From Phoronis australis (Eukaryota; Animalia; Phoronida), in contig NMRA01000161.1 in NCBI GenBank assembly GCA_002633005.1, positions 1 to 46,441 on the forward strand: a stretch of DNA of 46,441 nucleotides. The letters run 5' to 3'. Under the pieces are notes generated by a model that did not search any database, was not told the origin of the DNA, and worked only from the letters and a program-made list of their open reading frames with translations. The translations under genes were made by a program, and so were the position numbers. Of this stretch, positions 20,594 through 34,168 are shown piece by piece. Positions within the stretch are counted from its first letter, which is position 1, and every line of letters begins with the position of its first letter.

Positions 20594-23500
20594 TTCCCAA
20601 TCGGTCAAACACTCCAGTAATCTTTCATCAAATCCGTTTTAAGATTATGTTGTACCCTCGACAAATGGCCAAACGTTTGGATCATCGTGTCTGAGAAATG
20701 ACTGATCGGATTCACATGAATTCCCTTCAGATGTCATATTTTATCCACTGTTCTGCAACACTCTTTGGGATTGGTTTTCAAAGTTTCCACTTAATACTTT
20801 TTCGTGAGAGGCTATCAGAAACAAAGCGTTTGTGATTTGTATGAAGAAACTCAAAACTGTCATAAAAGGAAAACGAAATGATAATTTATAAAACTGCAAC
20901 TGAGATTTCATCTTGCTCATTTACGAATATGACCATGTCATCGATACCGTTAGTTTGTAATGGATGAACCTTTATTTTTTGTTAATATTTACTAAAGTAA
21001 ATAGTATCATAATCCTACTAATTGCAGATTGGTATTAAGTCAAAAATCAAATTCTGCAGACTTTCCACTTCCCGAAAACATACACTTTTACTGATTGATG
21101 CCTACTGAGTTAAAATCTATGACCTTGTAGATATTTGATTTAACACACAAACAAGTCAACAGAGTTCTACATAACCTTAAAGTCTTTAAAAATCTGATGT
21201 ACAGGTACAGCGCAATGTTACGAAAAATATTCGTTTCGTCTGGAATTTCAACGAACACGAAAAGGGGAGGGCCTCTTTACGAGTGGCAACCCTAGAACTC
21301 GTTCAAGAACAGATGGGTTGAAATGAGGTCAGTACAAAGGGTATTGTACTAGTCACAACGTACAATATGTTGCAACAGGAACGTAAGCTATGGCAAGCAA
21401 AGCCCTAAGGTACATACGTAACAAAGTAGTAAAACATTGACTACGGCTTCATATTAACACCGTACAATTGAAAGCCTATTGCACATTTTAAAATATTTAG
21501 ACGTTACTCAAACAGATAACTGTCAGTCTCATGCAACTCGATGACGTCGTCCCTTCGAACTACCTCTTGCAAAAGATGATACTAACCGAAACTTCTATTG
21601 GTTTGTGTTCGTCGTCGCGTGGCTTTGATCGTCCCTAGTGGTAGATAGGAATTGTGAATTGCCTGCAAACGTCAATACAACGGGAATCCAGAGCACACAG
21701 CAAAGCCCGATTACCGCTGAAATCACTCTTGGCTAAACAAATTTGTCGGGTAATATCACAAGAAGCCGACGGCTGGTAGATAGAGTGAAAATAATTAACG
21801 TCGACAAGGGGAATAAAAAATTAACTTGTCGTCGGATTGCAGCAGTTCTCGATCTACAGAACGCTCAGTTTAATTGCCATAGTACCACAAAGCGAAAATG
21901 CAATGCATAAGGGATGGTTTAAGTTAATCAATACTAGATTATTATTGTCACGGGGAGCAAATTATAGTCGATTGTAGTCTTTAATCAGTTTCGATCAAAA
22001 AGTGCTTGGCAGGAGAACGACGATTATTATTTTACGCTTCGATGAACCCATGCCTATCTCACCTGTAACAGACTCTGCAAAGGTGTAGGACATCAGATTT
22101 CTTGAGACATATAATCACAAATGCGAGTTATAGTTCACGATTTTGATAATATGTGTTTTTAAATCGTCAAAATCTACACACTTAGGCTTTATAATTGCAC
22201 GAAAAGAACAACATTGTAAGTAAAACCAATTTTATCGCAGCTCAGATTTTGATATGGTAGATTTGATGATGTTCTTATTGCATGCTACTATGGGTATTTA
22301 ACAATGGACGTGTGACTCGTTTTATCAAAGGTCTAAGTCCGGTCATAGCTAAGACGGCCGGGTATTCAATTTTTATTTGTAAACAATCTATTAACGTGGT
22401 TTATGAAGGTGGGTTTCAACTCAAATGTGAATAACGATCACGTTCACGTAAGTAACAATGTTTCGCTATCGTAAAAAATGCAATGTCCCCTTTGCATTAA
22501 CATGCCTTCGACCGTTTCTCTAGAATCAGTGAAATATGTCTACCGCTAGAGAGCAACTTCTTCAAACAAATTTTCTGTGCAGGGTGATTTTTGAATTTCT
22601 TTACTGCAGAGGGATCACGAGTTGTGTAGGTGCGTGAGTATCGCGAAGGAAGCTAATGTGATCACGTGCTTTGCTTATAACATGTGGCGAAAATTCGTGA
22701 AGTCTTGCACGAACTTGCGTGTTCACGAGATTCTTGCGTCTACTTCACGCACGTCAAGAACTAAGTTACATTCGACTAACATGATCACAGCTCTTCATGT
22801 GGCAATAAACTGCATTCAATCGAACAGAGAAACTAAATGTTAATTTAGACCCCTTACCCGTGGCTACACATACATGTATTGGTCACAACTCTTTATACGG
22901 AGGCGAAGATTATTTTTTCATCAAAACAATGATCGGAATAAGATAATGACTGATAAAGCCTACATGCTCAGTTATGAACGGTCAGTTCTTGACAAGCTAA
23001 TAAATCACAAAAATATGGATAAGGAACAATTTGAGACAGACTTCGTAACGGCATGCGTTTTTTTGTGACGCTAAGCGGGTTTATAGACGTTTTAAACTCA
23101 ACATAGAATCTAGTTATACAGCCTGATTAATTTAAAACTCTTCATAAACGCTAAAGACTCGTGTGTTGAAAACTCATCATAGTCAGTAAATGTTATTGAG
23201 CCATGAAATTGCATATCTTACGCATCATTTTTGTGACAAGCGTGAAACTTGCGGGAAACTTTAGGGTGACGTATCCTGTGAAACGTAAAGCCATGTTCAA
23301 TCTTCGTCTTCAAACAACGGTTCTCTGACTTACAACCACATCAAACGACTTCCAAGAATTTCTGAGGAGTACTAGTAGGTTGCAGACCTGCAGTGGTTGG
23401 CAGTAAATTCCCAGCACTGAAATTCTAGCCAGGCCCAGCCTATGAAATACATTTCAACACATAACCATTCCTGATCCTAAAGGTACAAACTACGACTATG

Positions 23501-24864
23501 GTATTTATCTCGTGAAACCCACTCAGGAATAAGTGCATCAGTCAGGATTGACCGGCTTTGTGCTTGTCAAGCAGCCTTCACACTGAACAACATTGATGCC
23601 ATGATTAAGGTTGCCATAGCACCGGTAGAAACAAACTATATAGGGTAGTTTCACCTACAAAGGTGATGCCACCCCTATTAGCTCCTTGTCTTATAAAATC
23701 TTTGCCTGATCTTTAAAGTTACCGTCAGCTCTGATCTATGAGATTGACATGTTTTCCTGCTCAAACCGCACAATGTATTACACGGTTAGAAGACATTATA
23801 AGGAACCATGCAGTACTTATCCTATAACCAATACACAATCCGTAGTCGAAGAAAGTTTAAATAAACGCGTCACTCACGATTCCGACCCGAAGATCACACC
23901 GCCATTTTGAATTACCCGCGATACCGGAAGCACAACTCATTCAGGAACCCAGGCTTAGTATGTGCGACTGGAGCAGTGTCTGTTACCAGCCTGCAAACGG
24001 GAATAAAATAATCGAGAGCGTACCTCAACTTTAATAAAACCAAAATAGGGACAATTTGTACTGAAAATGTTGACAAAATATGACAAAATAAATTTTGACA
24101 AAAATTATTTTGCCGGGCTCAGACCTGCAGCCAATGACCCGTGCAGACCGATCGAGACTACTCGCACTGACAAAAAACGAAGGCATGCCGTCCTAGGCTG
24201 TTTTATTGGAATAAATGGTTCAAATCATGAATGCCGTATACATACAAAGATAGTTTCCGACACTCGTGTAAAATTACAGACTAGTAACAGTCCTGCGCCT
24301 ACAATAACAACCGGAGTCGACTACGGCGAATGAGGCTAGACGAAGCGTGTTTTACTGGGTTTTGTTAACTCTGTACAAAGAGAAAAACGAACATGTAACA
24401 TAAAATTATTGAATAAAACTGCTATACAGTTAGAATACCCTGACAGTTAAATTTGTGAAAATATAGAAAATAAATTTAGACGCGACTTAATTCGCTAATG
24501 ACGGCCGGGCGGCTGATGAATACCATTTGGTGGCGAAATAACTTCAGGTAGAAAACTTGCCATGGTGCTAAAGTGGTATGATATAAGTTTGTTTTTGAAA
24601 ATAAATATATTTCCCCTGATAATTGAAAACCAAAGCCACTTTAGCAAGTGATTATCAGTTCCCGGCGAAGAATCACGGCGACTACAGGCCGGGGAATTAT
24701 TTCACCGGTTACTGTGTGCTGGCAGCAAAATCAAGCACAGATGTGGAGGTCACTGTTTTGAGATAAAATTTGTTTTTGTTTGTCGAAAAATCGCAGTATG
24801 TGGATGTTTTTTAGTATTTTTCATTTTAAACGGCCAGTACAGCCGGTGCTGATTTGCTGCCAAT

Positions 24865-26388
24865 TGACCGTACGCCAGCAGAAGATCACTACGTCTATAT
24901 GATGTCACGTGATGCGAATGTCCGACATCAGAGAATGGCTTCGTCAAGCAAGACCGGTGTGCTAACTGATATTCAGGCAGACTTTGGCGAACTTTATCTT
25001 CCCTATGAATCTCGCCATGACAAAGACAAAGGGCAACAGCCTTCAGAAAAGGTTCCTACGGGAACGGGGTGAAGAACACCTGACGTAAACCGCCCGCGGA
25101 TGTTTCAGAAGTCAACGCAAATCCCTCCTACGACCCTCATAGAGTTGACATCAGCACGAATGCGGTTAAAATAATAGCAAAAATCCTTAATGAATAACAA
25201 TTCTTCCCTCAAAGCAAAATGAACGTTTTACTAAAATATTTAGGGGATCAAGAAACCTACTGAGCTGTATCTGTAAGTTTAGCCGAGAACTTCGTGTCCA
25301 GTGATCGCCGATGGTCGAGCCGGCGCCGTGACAGACACTCGTAACAAGTCGAAATTCGGAGTCCCACTAACTATTCAAGTTAACATTTCAAAGGTTGTGA
25401 TTTTGATGAAGCAACACCAGCCTAACCCGGTCAGTACTTGACTGGTGACCGTGATTATGACCTCCGAAGACAGACTAAACAAAGCACACTTGCCGACTGC
25501 GGACTGTTGCCAATGTGACTGAGTTGTATGCTACGTACATGTCCAACCAGTGCTTGCACTGCGCATTTAGCACCCAGTGCGTGCTTGCCGTTTCTGTAGT
25601 GCCACGGCGTAGCCCCAAAATGCTACGTATTTTCGATATTTTCTCCGATGTTCATAGTAAAGTTTTCAATCCTTCGCTTTGGCTTTTACTGGCAATCTTT
25701 GTCGAGATAATAGCAGGCACAAGCCAGTCGACAGGGCCAAGACTGGAGTTACGAAGGAATAGGAATAGGCCTATAACAACACTCACAGTCAGTATAGATG
25801 TACAGTGTAAGAGCCTCTATTAGGTAAGTAGGTAGGCCTGCAATGCATTTTGACTCTTTTTTTCATTGATTGACTACATTTTAACTCGTTTTCGTCTGTT
25901 CTAAGGAATGGTCGTTATGTATGGTTATAAGGAATCAGAAAGTGATCGCAGAGGCGCAGGGTCACACACACTTAACAAAGACTGTAATCCAGAGCCAAAA
26001 TTGCAATATTGGGAAGAAATGTTAAAAATAGTGCATACCTTAGAACATACTTGTGTTTAGCTCTAGGCTAGGCTGCTCGTGCGGGAGTCGGTACACACAG
26101 TTCATTAAGTACCGTTTGATCATTACAAAGTCACTTATAGGCTTTGGAAAAGGCCAAAAATTGACAGGGCTTTCATCTCTGTCGGTATAACGACTGTCTG
26201 AATTACACACACCACAACAACACCTCTTGGCCATTTAAAATGCACATTGTAGTTGAACGTGTTTTGTCCTACAGCCGCTAATGCTTGTCGGACAGATGGC
26301 GACTTGAACTGCAGTCTGGAGGAATTTCCGGAATGCAGCATTCTGATTGTTCAATCACACCTGTCATTTATTTTATAGCGTAAGGTCA
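24865..26388 (-). mobile_element. ISL2EU-like non-autonomous element, copy 2 (inverted relative to copy 1)
   Basis: TIRs TGACCGTACGCCAG ... TAGCGTAAGGTCA in AATT context with AT flanks. THAP remnant at 26040-26234 (-), MAKRCCCGVCNSDSRY..FWPFPKP. Full-length colinear match to 11211-12702 with small indels. Confidence 0.8.
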
Positions 26389-27445
26389 ATTACTCACTGC
26401 GCTCACACGTCCGGGTAGCCACAGGGACACGGCAATTGCTCCCTCCAGGCTGGTACTTAGCATCAATTTCAAGATATGGCAATAAAGATAAGACATTTGT
26501 TGATCAAGAAACTTTTTTTCCTTTAATTAATTACCTAAACGGTTACTGTAGGTAGCTTGACATACCCTCGCGATGAGTCAGGGCTGACCTCAGTAGCCGA
26601 GCGTTGGCTACGCTGGAGATTTTGCGACGGTACTTCAAACTTATGATTATGCATTTGATACCATTCGTCATATGCAAAGAACAGGTAAATTCAGGACAAT
26701 AAATAATCAATTTTATATAAAAAGAACCAAAATGGGAATCAAAATTAACCAGACATTGTAACGACGCATTTACGCTCACGGTGATGTCAATACGTTTGCA
26801 AGGACAACATGGCTGGCATTCAGGAATCATTCCTGAACTGACACACAGGAACTCACGTCACAGGAATAGTCGATGATTTTCCGGTCTCGGCCGATGTACA
26901 AAATTGTGATTAGTTTGATAACAGAAAGCATGTGAACATTATTCTATGTTACATATTACTAAATTTGGTATACATTTTTAACTTTTTGAACTAGAATGCC
27001 CTTCGAGATAAGAAGTTAAAAGTTCCACACGATGTATCACCTTTATCATCACAGTACTTGCCACTGTTTCATAGCCTTTGTATCAAAACGATGTCTGAGC
27101 TATGCACTCTCATTATTCAATAACAGTACAGTGAGTATCCAACACTACATGTTTTGTACTGTTGAATTTATCAACTTTGATATTATGAGGTAACCGTTTA
27201 AGACTTCATCTGACGAAATGTCTCCTATCGGCAGACGATCTCCAGAGGATCCACAGGCCGATTTCAACTAGTACGCCGACGTCAAAGACCAAAACTTTAT
27301 CGGTGTTATGCAGATGCCGTATACGATCTTCTGCTGAAGTTTGTAGCGGCACGTTGGCGGAGAATCAATTTTGCATCCTTAGGTATGACCGCTACTTCCA
27401 ATCCTCTAAAAATCGCCCCAATGCGTCGACCCTTATGTGACTTTA

Positions 27446-27686
27446 GAACACCTCGGGTATTTTCGTAGCGTCAAATTCATTTGGAAAACCTCGGGTGTTT
27501 TCGTAGCGTCAAACTTTCCCTTATGGAGATGAACATTATCTGCGCATGTGCAAACTTAGGCCACGCGTCCAATCAATCTCTAGTTCGAAAGTCACAGGAC
27601 TTGCCGTTTGACTGAAGTTCACACATGCGCAAGCAATGTTCACCTCCGAGGTGAAATTTGAGGCTACGAAAATACGCGAGGTGTTC
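27446..27686. mobile_element. MITE (GAANACCTCGGG TIR family), copy 2, with a duplicated left TIR
   Basis: ACCTCGGGT(A/G)TTTTCGTAGCGTCAAA occurs twice (~27450 and ~27488). The right TIR is TTTGAGGCTACGAAAATACGCGAGGTGTTC. Internal CACAGGACTTGC is shared with copy 1. Confidence 0.75.
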
Positions 27687-27729
27687 CGGATCCCTCAAAT
27701 TATCAGTCGGAGGTGTTTCACCCCTGCAA

Positions 27730-27955
27730 GTCATGTGACTCAAAATGGAGAATTTTGCTGAATGTGCCGGGATACTTCTGAGATAACAGGCTTAAAGGCG
27801 AAGGCAACCTTTTTCCATGTCATTTTGAGCTAAAATAAGGTTGGTTGGTTATCCTAGACATATTTTTCACTTAATTACAGCTTTTCGTAATTTTATTAAT
27901 TATTCGTCCGCTTTTCCGGAAGTGACGTTTTAGGAGGCAAGCGCTTCCCGCCAAT
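27730..27955. promoter_or_regulatory. Candidate housekeeping-type promoter motif cluster
   Basis: GTCATGTGAC (E-box/CLEAR-like, 27730), CAAAATGG (YY1-like, 27741), CCGGAAGTGACGT (ETS-CRE composite, 27916-27928) and TTCCCGCCAA (E2F-like, 27945-27954). Motif evidence only. Confidence 0.4.
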
Positions 27956-27998
27956 TTCTTTTCACATAGTCTGACTGTGAGAGCTGCCGAGTCAGTCA

Positions 27999-28550
27999 NN
28001 NNNNNNNNNNNNNNNNNNNNNNNNNNNNNNNNNNNNNNNNNNNNNNNNNNNNNNNNNNNNNNNNNNNNNNNNNNNNNNNNNNNNNNNNNNNNNNNNNNNN
28101 NNNNNNNNNNNNNNNNNNNNNNNNNNNNNNNNNNNNNNNNNNNNNNNNNNNNNNNNNNNNNNNNNNNNNNNNNNNNNNNNNNNNNNNNNNNNNNNNNNNN
28201 NNNNNNNNNNNNNNNNNNNNNNNNNNNNNNNNNNNNNNNNNNNNNNNNNNNNNNNNNNNNNNNNNNNNNNNNNNNNNNNNNNNNNNNNNNNNNNNNNNNN
28301 NNNNNNNNNNNNNNNNNNNNNNNNNNNNNNNNNNNNNNNNNNNNNNNNNNNNNNNNNNNNNNNNNNNNNNNNNNNNNNNNNNNNNNNNNNNNNNNNNNNN
28401 NNNNNNNNNNNNNNNNNNNNNNNNNNNNNNNNNNNNNNNNNNNNNNNNNNNNNNNNNNNNNNNNNNNNNNNNNNNNNNNNNNNNNNNNNNNNNNNNNNNN
28501 NNNNNNNNNNNNNNNNNNNNNNNNNNNNNNNNNNNNNNNNNNNNNNNNNN
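27999..28550. other. Assembly gap
   Basis: Run of N. Confidence 1.
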
Positions 28551-28594
28551 GGGGGGGGGGGCGGTCCCCCTGGACCTCCGCAAATCCGCCTATG
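28551..28594. mobile_element. Right end of a hAT-like MITE emerging from the gap
   Basis: A G-run, GGTCCCCC and the terminal AAATCCGCCTATG, the reverse complement of CATAGGCGGATTT. Same terminal class as the 2156 and 5814 elements. Confidence 0.5.
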
Positions 28595-31219
28595 TACTAT
28601 CATCAGAAATGGATTATTGGTTAGGTTTACAAACAGATAAGGAGGCGGCACTCAGTAGGTCTCCAATTTTCCCCTTACCATTTCCCAAAAGTAAAATTAT
28701 CAAATGCATCTGCATAGCCCTAAAAAAACTTTTTAAAAAGCGTCCGAAATATTTAATTTTCCATAAAGTACACGTATCCAGTAACTGCTTGGTAATAATT
28801 CATGGTCTAAGTTCTGGCACGAATTCACATAATTGATAATTGACCTAAGTGCCAGTAATCATTTACCAAAACACCAAGTCTACTGATATCGATCCATCTG
28901 CCTCTGAGTTAGTTCCCGCTCGTTTAAAATCGTGATCGCATATAGCTTATTCAGATAAAAAATCATAGACTAAATAATTCATCTCTCAGTGAACGATCAA
29001 TCTTAATCAACAACTTCAGCGGTGCCAAGCATAATTTTTAACGCTGAAGCTTACGATGAATAAATAAACAAAGAAAATATCATAGCTCAAACGATCGAAA
29101 TCCGATGACAAAGTAACGTTTTTCAAACAAGGTTTAATTTAGTGGAGTGGTATCGAGCATTTCGTGAATACCATAGTGTTAGTGTTCATGCTTGGACTCT
29201 GCTTGGAATTAAAAATAAAATAAATAATTTCCCTACAACAAACACCACATTCTGACCAGAGCGAAACATGACTTGAGTTAAGTACTAATTTAAAAGAAGA
29301 CATTACACTCGAGTTGTTGCTTTATGGACCTAATACGTCGTAAGGTGTGCGATACCGAACTGCATTTGGATCAATACTGTCGTTTACATGTACAGTGTAC
29401 ATGTAGAACTTGCAAAATGAACAGTCGATTATATTTTTGGAAAGATATGTTTGCAGTCATGGAATGTCCGTTTATAATGCAAACAGACGCCGTTCGATTA
29501 TACCAATGCGAGCATACGCCCAAATGTCGTGTACATTGTACTGAAAATCAATCAGTGCACGCTCTCGAATTTGAAAACACACTTTTTGTGAAATACTGAG
29601 ACGGAGGGAACTGTGGTGCTTTAATGAAGGTTTGCCCTCACCTGGTAGTTTACAGCTATTCAAAAGGATACCAAACCCGATTTTGGCCTATCAACAGATA
29701 CTAAAAACGAATTTCCCATCCTGTTTTCTGAAACAAACTAATGCTCTGTAATATCTCTCAACAGTTTAAAGGAAATTTGAAAACTCCTTTTAAAGTCTGC
29801 TAAACGGGCAAGCGTGACCTACGCTTTTAGCGAATTGCACGGCAACTGTTGAAAAAGACCACACCACGGACAATGATGTCCAATCTGTGACATAAGGAGT
29901 ATGATATTTTAGTTGACTCCTCCCTTTAACTTGGAAGACTGACACCACTGCAGGTTACAGAACGAAGATTGGTAGAATTCATCAAACCAGGATTTAGTAT
30001 CCTTTTAAAAAAGCGTAACCTCAGAATTCGGATGACAGGAAACAGGCAGACTTTCGAGTTCGGTGCCTGCTGATGATGTAGTGAAAACAAGATATCTTGA
30101 GAGCAGGAAGGTCCCGGGAACGAAGCAAAATGGTATCTCCATCACACCATCTTTTTTAGAAAGGAGCTAAACAACATTACCATAGCGTCGATCAATATGA
30201 GCGGTCGATATTGTAAAATATTGACTCCACGTATTGGCCGCTGCAATGCTACTATACGATCTGTCTAAATCATACACTTATTTGAATAATAAAACTGAAC
30301 AGGTACATTAAAAGAGAACACAGAAGCAGAAATGGCGTGTAAAATTCACTGACAGATTGTCAATTAATAAATAAGCATAATACGTTTATGACTGGTTGTG
30401 CAAGGAAAGTGGCCCATTGTGAAGGTTCAAGTCCTTAATCGCCTGTTTTAAGTTATTAGTGTCAATCGATAACCGCTTTGGCAGGGACTCTTGAAATTAG
30501 AATGTACCTGAAATTTCATAAAGACATTGGACGAACGAAAAATTCTTGTCAGAAATATGCATTTTAAAAGGCACAATTTGCTACAGGGCCAACTAAAACG
30601 CATATTTTTTGCTTTCGAAGGCCTACAACAAACCGAATATTGCTAGAAAACTTCGATTTCCCATATTCCCACATCGTATTAGTGAGTTATGGAAGAAAAG
30701 TTGAATCACGTGAGGGAAGAGTAGGTTCTCTAATGCATGGTAGGCGGGGTGAATCAAACCATTCCATTAACGTTGAACTTGCTAGGGCCATGCCAGACGA
30801 GCAGTGTGCAATATCTCCCCCTTTCCCGAGACTAGTAGGAGACGCAAGCGTGTGGGAAAACACACGAATTTATGAGACATCTCACTTGGGATATCCAGCT
30901 AACTTCCACCGAGATCTGGGTCAATGTTGGTTGGGAAAACGCAAAGTTATCCGATGAATGCTACGCGATACTTTTTCGACGTTGAAGCAAAAAAATTAGG
31001 ATTCTTTGCAGTAGCCTATCTACCGCGGGACTAATACCCCGTTTTTGATAGATTTCATGATCTTTCAATTACTAAACATAAACCAATATTCTCAATCTAC
31101 CGTCACTTCACAACCACTAATTTATTTAGAAAAATAAATTTTAGACCTTGCGGGTTCTGAATTCAACATTTTACGCATTCTGAATTCACAAAAAACAAGG
31201 GAAATAACTTTAAAAAGCC

Positions 31220-33389
31220 GACCCTGCTATCTAAAAGAAAATTCAAATGTGCTTTTCACCCTTAAAATCCGATCTTGCGTCTGAAAAGAGTCGAAAAAAC
31301 ATCGTAAGTACATCTGTTCCAGCTATTCTTAGGTCACATAAGAGAGCATGTAATTACCGGATTGTCTCTCTGACAATAAAGTCAATTCGATCAATATACT
31401 CAAAGGGAAATTAAGCCAATTTGTCAAGTGCATATACGACTACTGATATTAAATTTGTCAGAAATTAACGAAGTCGAGGATACTCACTGTAGTTACCTTA
31501 CAGTGACGTCACTGGGCTAATGGATGACTGAAGAGGCACTAAGCAGTTATCACTGGGTTTTGTCCGACAGTGCATACTAACTGGTTTTTTGTTGCCGCCT
31601 CACCAACTCTGTCGAAAACTCTACGTACAAGCAAAGTAACTGAGGTCATTTAACCTCACAACCGCCACGCATGACCACAGAAACTTTACTCAGTCGCATA
31701 CTGTATTCTTGGTTCTTTCACTTCCGGCACCGAAAAGGAAGCAAGGATCCGAAAAAGGTAGCTAAAGCCCCCGAAAATTGCCACTTTTCAGCCCAAAACC
31801 ACCTTTTCGTGGATATTGGCATTGTTTTACGGAAAGAAGCGTTAGATTCCGAAAGGGAATTCCCACAGATTCCACAAATGTAGTAAATTGATGCTATCCT
31901 ATGATGCTTTGAAACTGTGATTATTTTGATAAATTAGGTGACTATGTTGAACTCTCATTGTATAGAGCAGTGAAAAGGATTTGTCTTATGAAAATTATTT
32001 AGGTAAGGTGACAGAATTGCTCTCACGAGCCTCCGGGTATCCGCTCATGTTTTGGTAGTAGAAAAGGTGGTTAGGGAACAGAGATATTGTGAAATGTGTC
32101 TGTGGAGAAATTGAAGAAGAATATAATTTTCCTGATGTATGTCAGGTGTTGGAGGATTTGAGATTTAACATGTTGCCTTCTTATTAGCATTGAAAATCGT
32201 ACTGTCGAACATATGCTCGCTCGTTCACAGAGTAATGACAGCGTGTTGCTCATTTAACAAGTTAGGAAAATTTGTCATTACTAGTCAAAGAGTTAGTTTC
32301 ATTTANGACCCTGCTATCTAAAAGAAAATTCAAATGTGCTTTTCACCCTTAAAATCCGATCTTGCGTCTGAAAAGAGTCGAAAAAACATCGTAAGTACAT
32401 CTGTTCCAGCTATTCTTAGGTCACATAAGAGAGCATGTAATTACCGGATTGTCTCTCTGACAATAAAGTCAATTCGATCAATATACTCAAAGGGAAATTA
32501 AGCCAATTTGTCAAGTGCATATACGACTACTGATATTAAATTTGTCAGAAATTAACGAAGTCGAGGATACTCACTGTAGTTACCTTACAGTGACGTCACT
32601 GGGCTAATGGATGACTGAAGAGGCACTAAGCAGTTATCACTGGGTTTTGTCCGACAGTGCATACTAACTGGTTTTTTGTTGCCGCCTCACCAACTCTGTC
32701 GAAAACTCTACGTACAAGCAAAGTAACTGAGGTCATTTAACCTCACAACCGCCACGCATGACCACAGAAACTTTACTCAGTCTCATACTGTATTCTTGGT
32801 TCTTTCACTTCCGGCACCGAAAAGGAAGCAAGGATCCGAAAAAGGTAGCTAAACCCCCCGAAAATTGCCACTTTTCAGCCCCAAACCACCTTTTCGTGGA
32901 TATTGGCATTGTTTTACGGAAAGAAGCGTTAGATTCCGAAAGGGAATTCCCACAGATTCCACAAATGTAGTAAATTGATGCTATCCTATGATGCTTTGAA
33001 ACTGTAAGTTATTATTTTGATAAATTAGGTGACTATGTTGAACTCACATTGTATAGAGCAGTGAAAAAGATTTGTCTTATGAAAATTATTTAGGTAAGGT
33101 GACAGAATTGCTCTCACGAGCCTCCGAGTATCCGCTCATGTTTTGGTAGTAGAAAAGGTGGTTAGGGAACAGAGATATTGTGAAACGTGTCTCTGTGGAG
33201 AAATTGAAGAATATAATTTTCCTGATGTATGTCAGGTGTTGGAGGATTTGAGATTAAACATGTTGCCTTCTTATTAGCATTGAAAATCGTACTGTCGAAC
33301 ATATGCTCGCTCGTTCACAGAGTAATGACAGCGTGTTGCTCATTTAACAATTTAGGAAAATTTGTCATTACTAGAGTTAGTTTCATTTA
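31220..33389. repeat. ~1.09-kb tandem duplication (31220-32305 / 32307-33389) across a single-N join; probably two haplotypes
   Basis: Near-identical copies separated by an N at 32306, differing by a few substitutions and small indels. Confidence 0.9.
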
Positions 33390-34168
33390 AGTTGTCCAAA
33401 ATTTGTGCATACGTGTATGTACTTTTAAAAGCACAGGATCAAACTTGTTTACATGTATTTTTGACGTCAACAATCTATTTTTAGATGATATTTACCTCGA
33501 TGGTTCTGCGGTCAATGCAATCTGAGGTTACATCGTAACAGCAATGATTAGGTAATATTCTGTGTTGTTTTAAGCCAATAGTAAAGTAAGTGTATTATTA
33601 TAATTTGGGCAGAAGTCTGGAAAATACTCAGATGGAATTTGGTAGTAGAAGCTACTGTGTACAGAAGAAATTGTACAACAGAGCCAAGAGGATCTTGGCA
33701 AGGGCAAGGGTTAACGAATAGGAAGTTAACTAAGAGCTTGCCACTTGAACCGTGGGTAGCAAGATACTGCCCGCAAGTGTTGCGTCACGGGGGACTGTGA
33801 CCAGCAAGAGGAATAGTGGGTAGCCGAATACTGCCTACACAAGTTGTGTCACGAAGGACTGCGACCAGCAAGTACACTGTTGCAGTACAGTGTGAGTTAG
33901 TTTGAGGATCAACCAACAGGACTGTCATCCAACAGGTTGTATAGCAGATAAGACGTTTGGTTATTTATAGAAGTCATCCTTACAGAGGGAGCTAGCGTAG
34001 TTTCTCTTCTTCATTGTTAGTGTACTTAATTAACAACAGATTTCACTTGTTTTAGTTACTGGTTGTCATATAATAAATCTTTTACTGGATTTAATCATTC
34101 TTTCTCCACCCATGCACAACCACAAAGCATGTCTACCTTTTAAACGTACCCACAGTCAACTTCTGACA
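32543..34168 (+). mobile_element. Possible long solo LTR
   Basis: Starts TGTCAGAA and ends TTCTGACA (8-bp TG..CA inverted termini). AATAAA lies ~95 bp before the end and there is an internal two-copy ~62-bp repeat. No matching TSD. Confidence 0.4.
33752..33871 (+). repeat. Two-copy ~62-bp direct repeat
   Basis: GTGGGTAGC..ATACTGCC..CAAGT..G(C/T)GTCACG..GGACTG(T/C)GACCAGCAAG occurs twice. Confidence 0.75.

Noticed and set aside
27977-28651. Long ORFs across N runs (also 39693-40584 and 42662-42985)
   Set aside because: Artefacts of translating N.
31671-32970. Twin 70-aa ORFs as paralogous genes
   Set aside because: They lie in the N-joined duplicate and have no recognisable domain.
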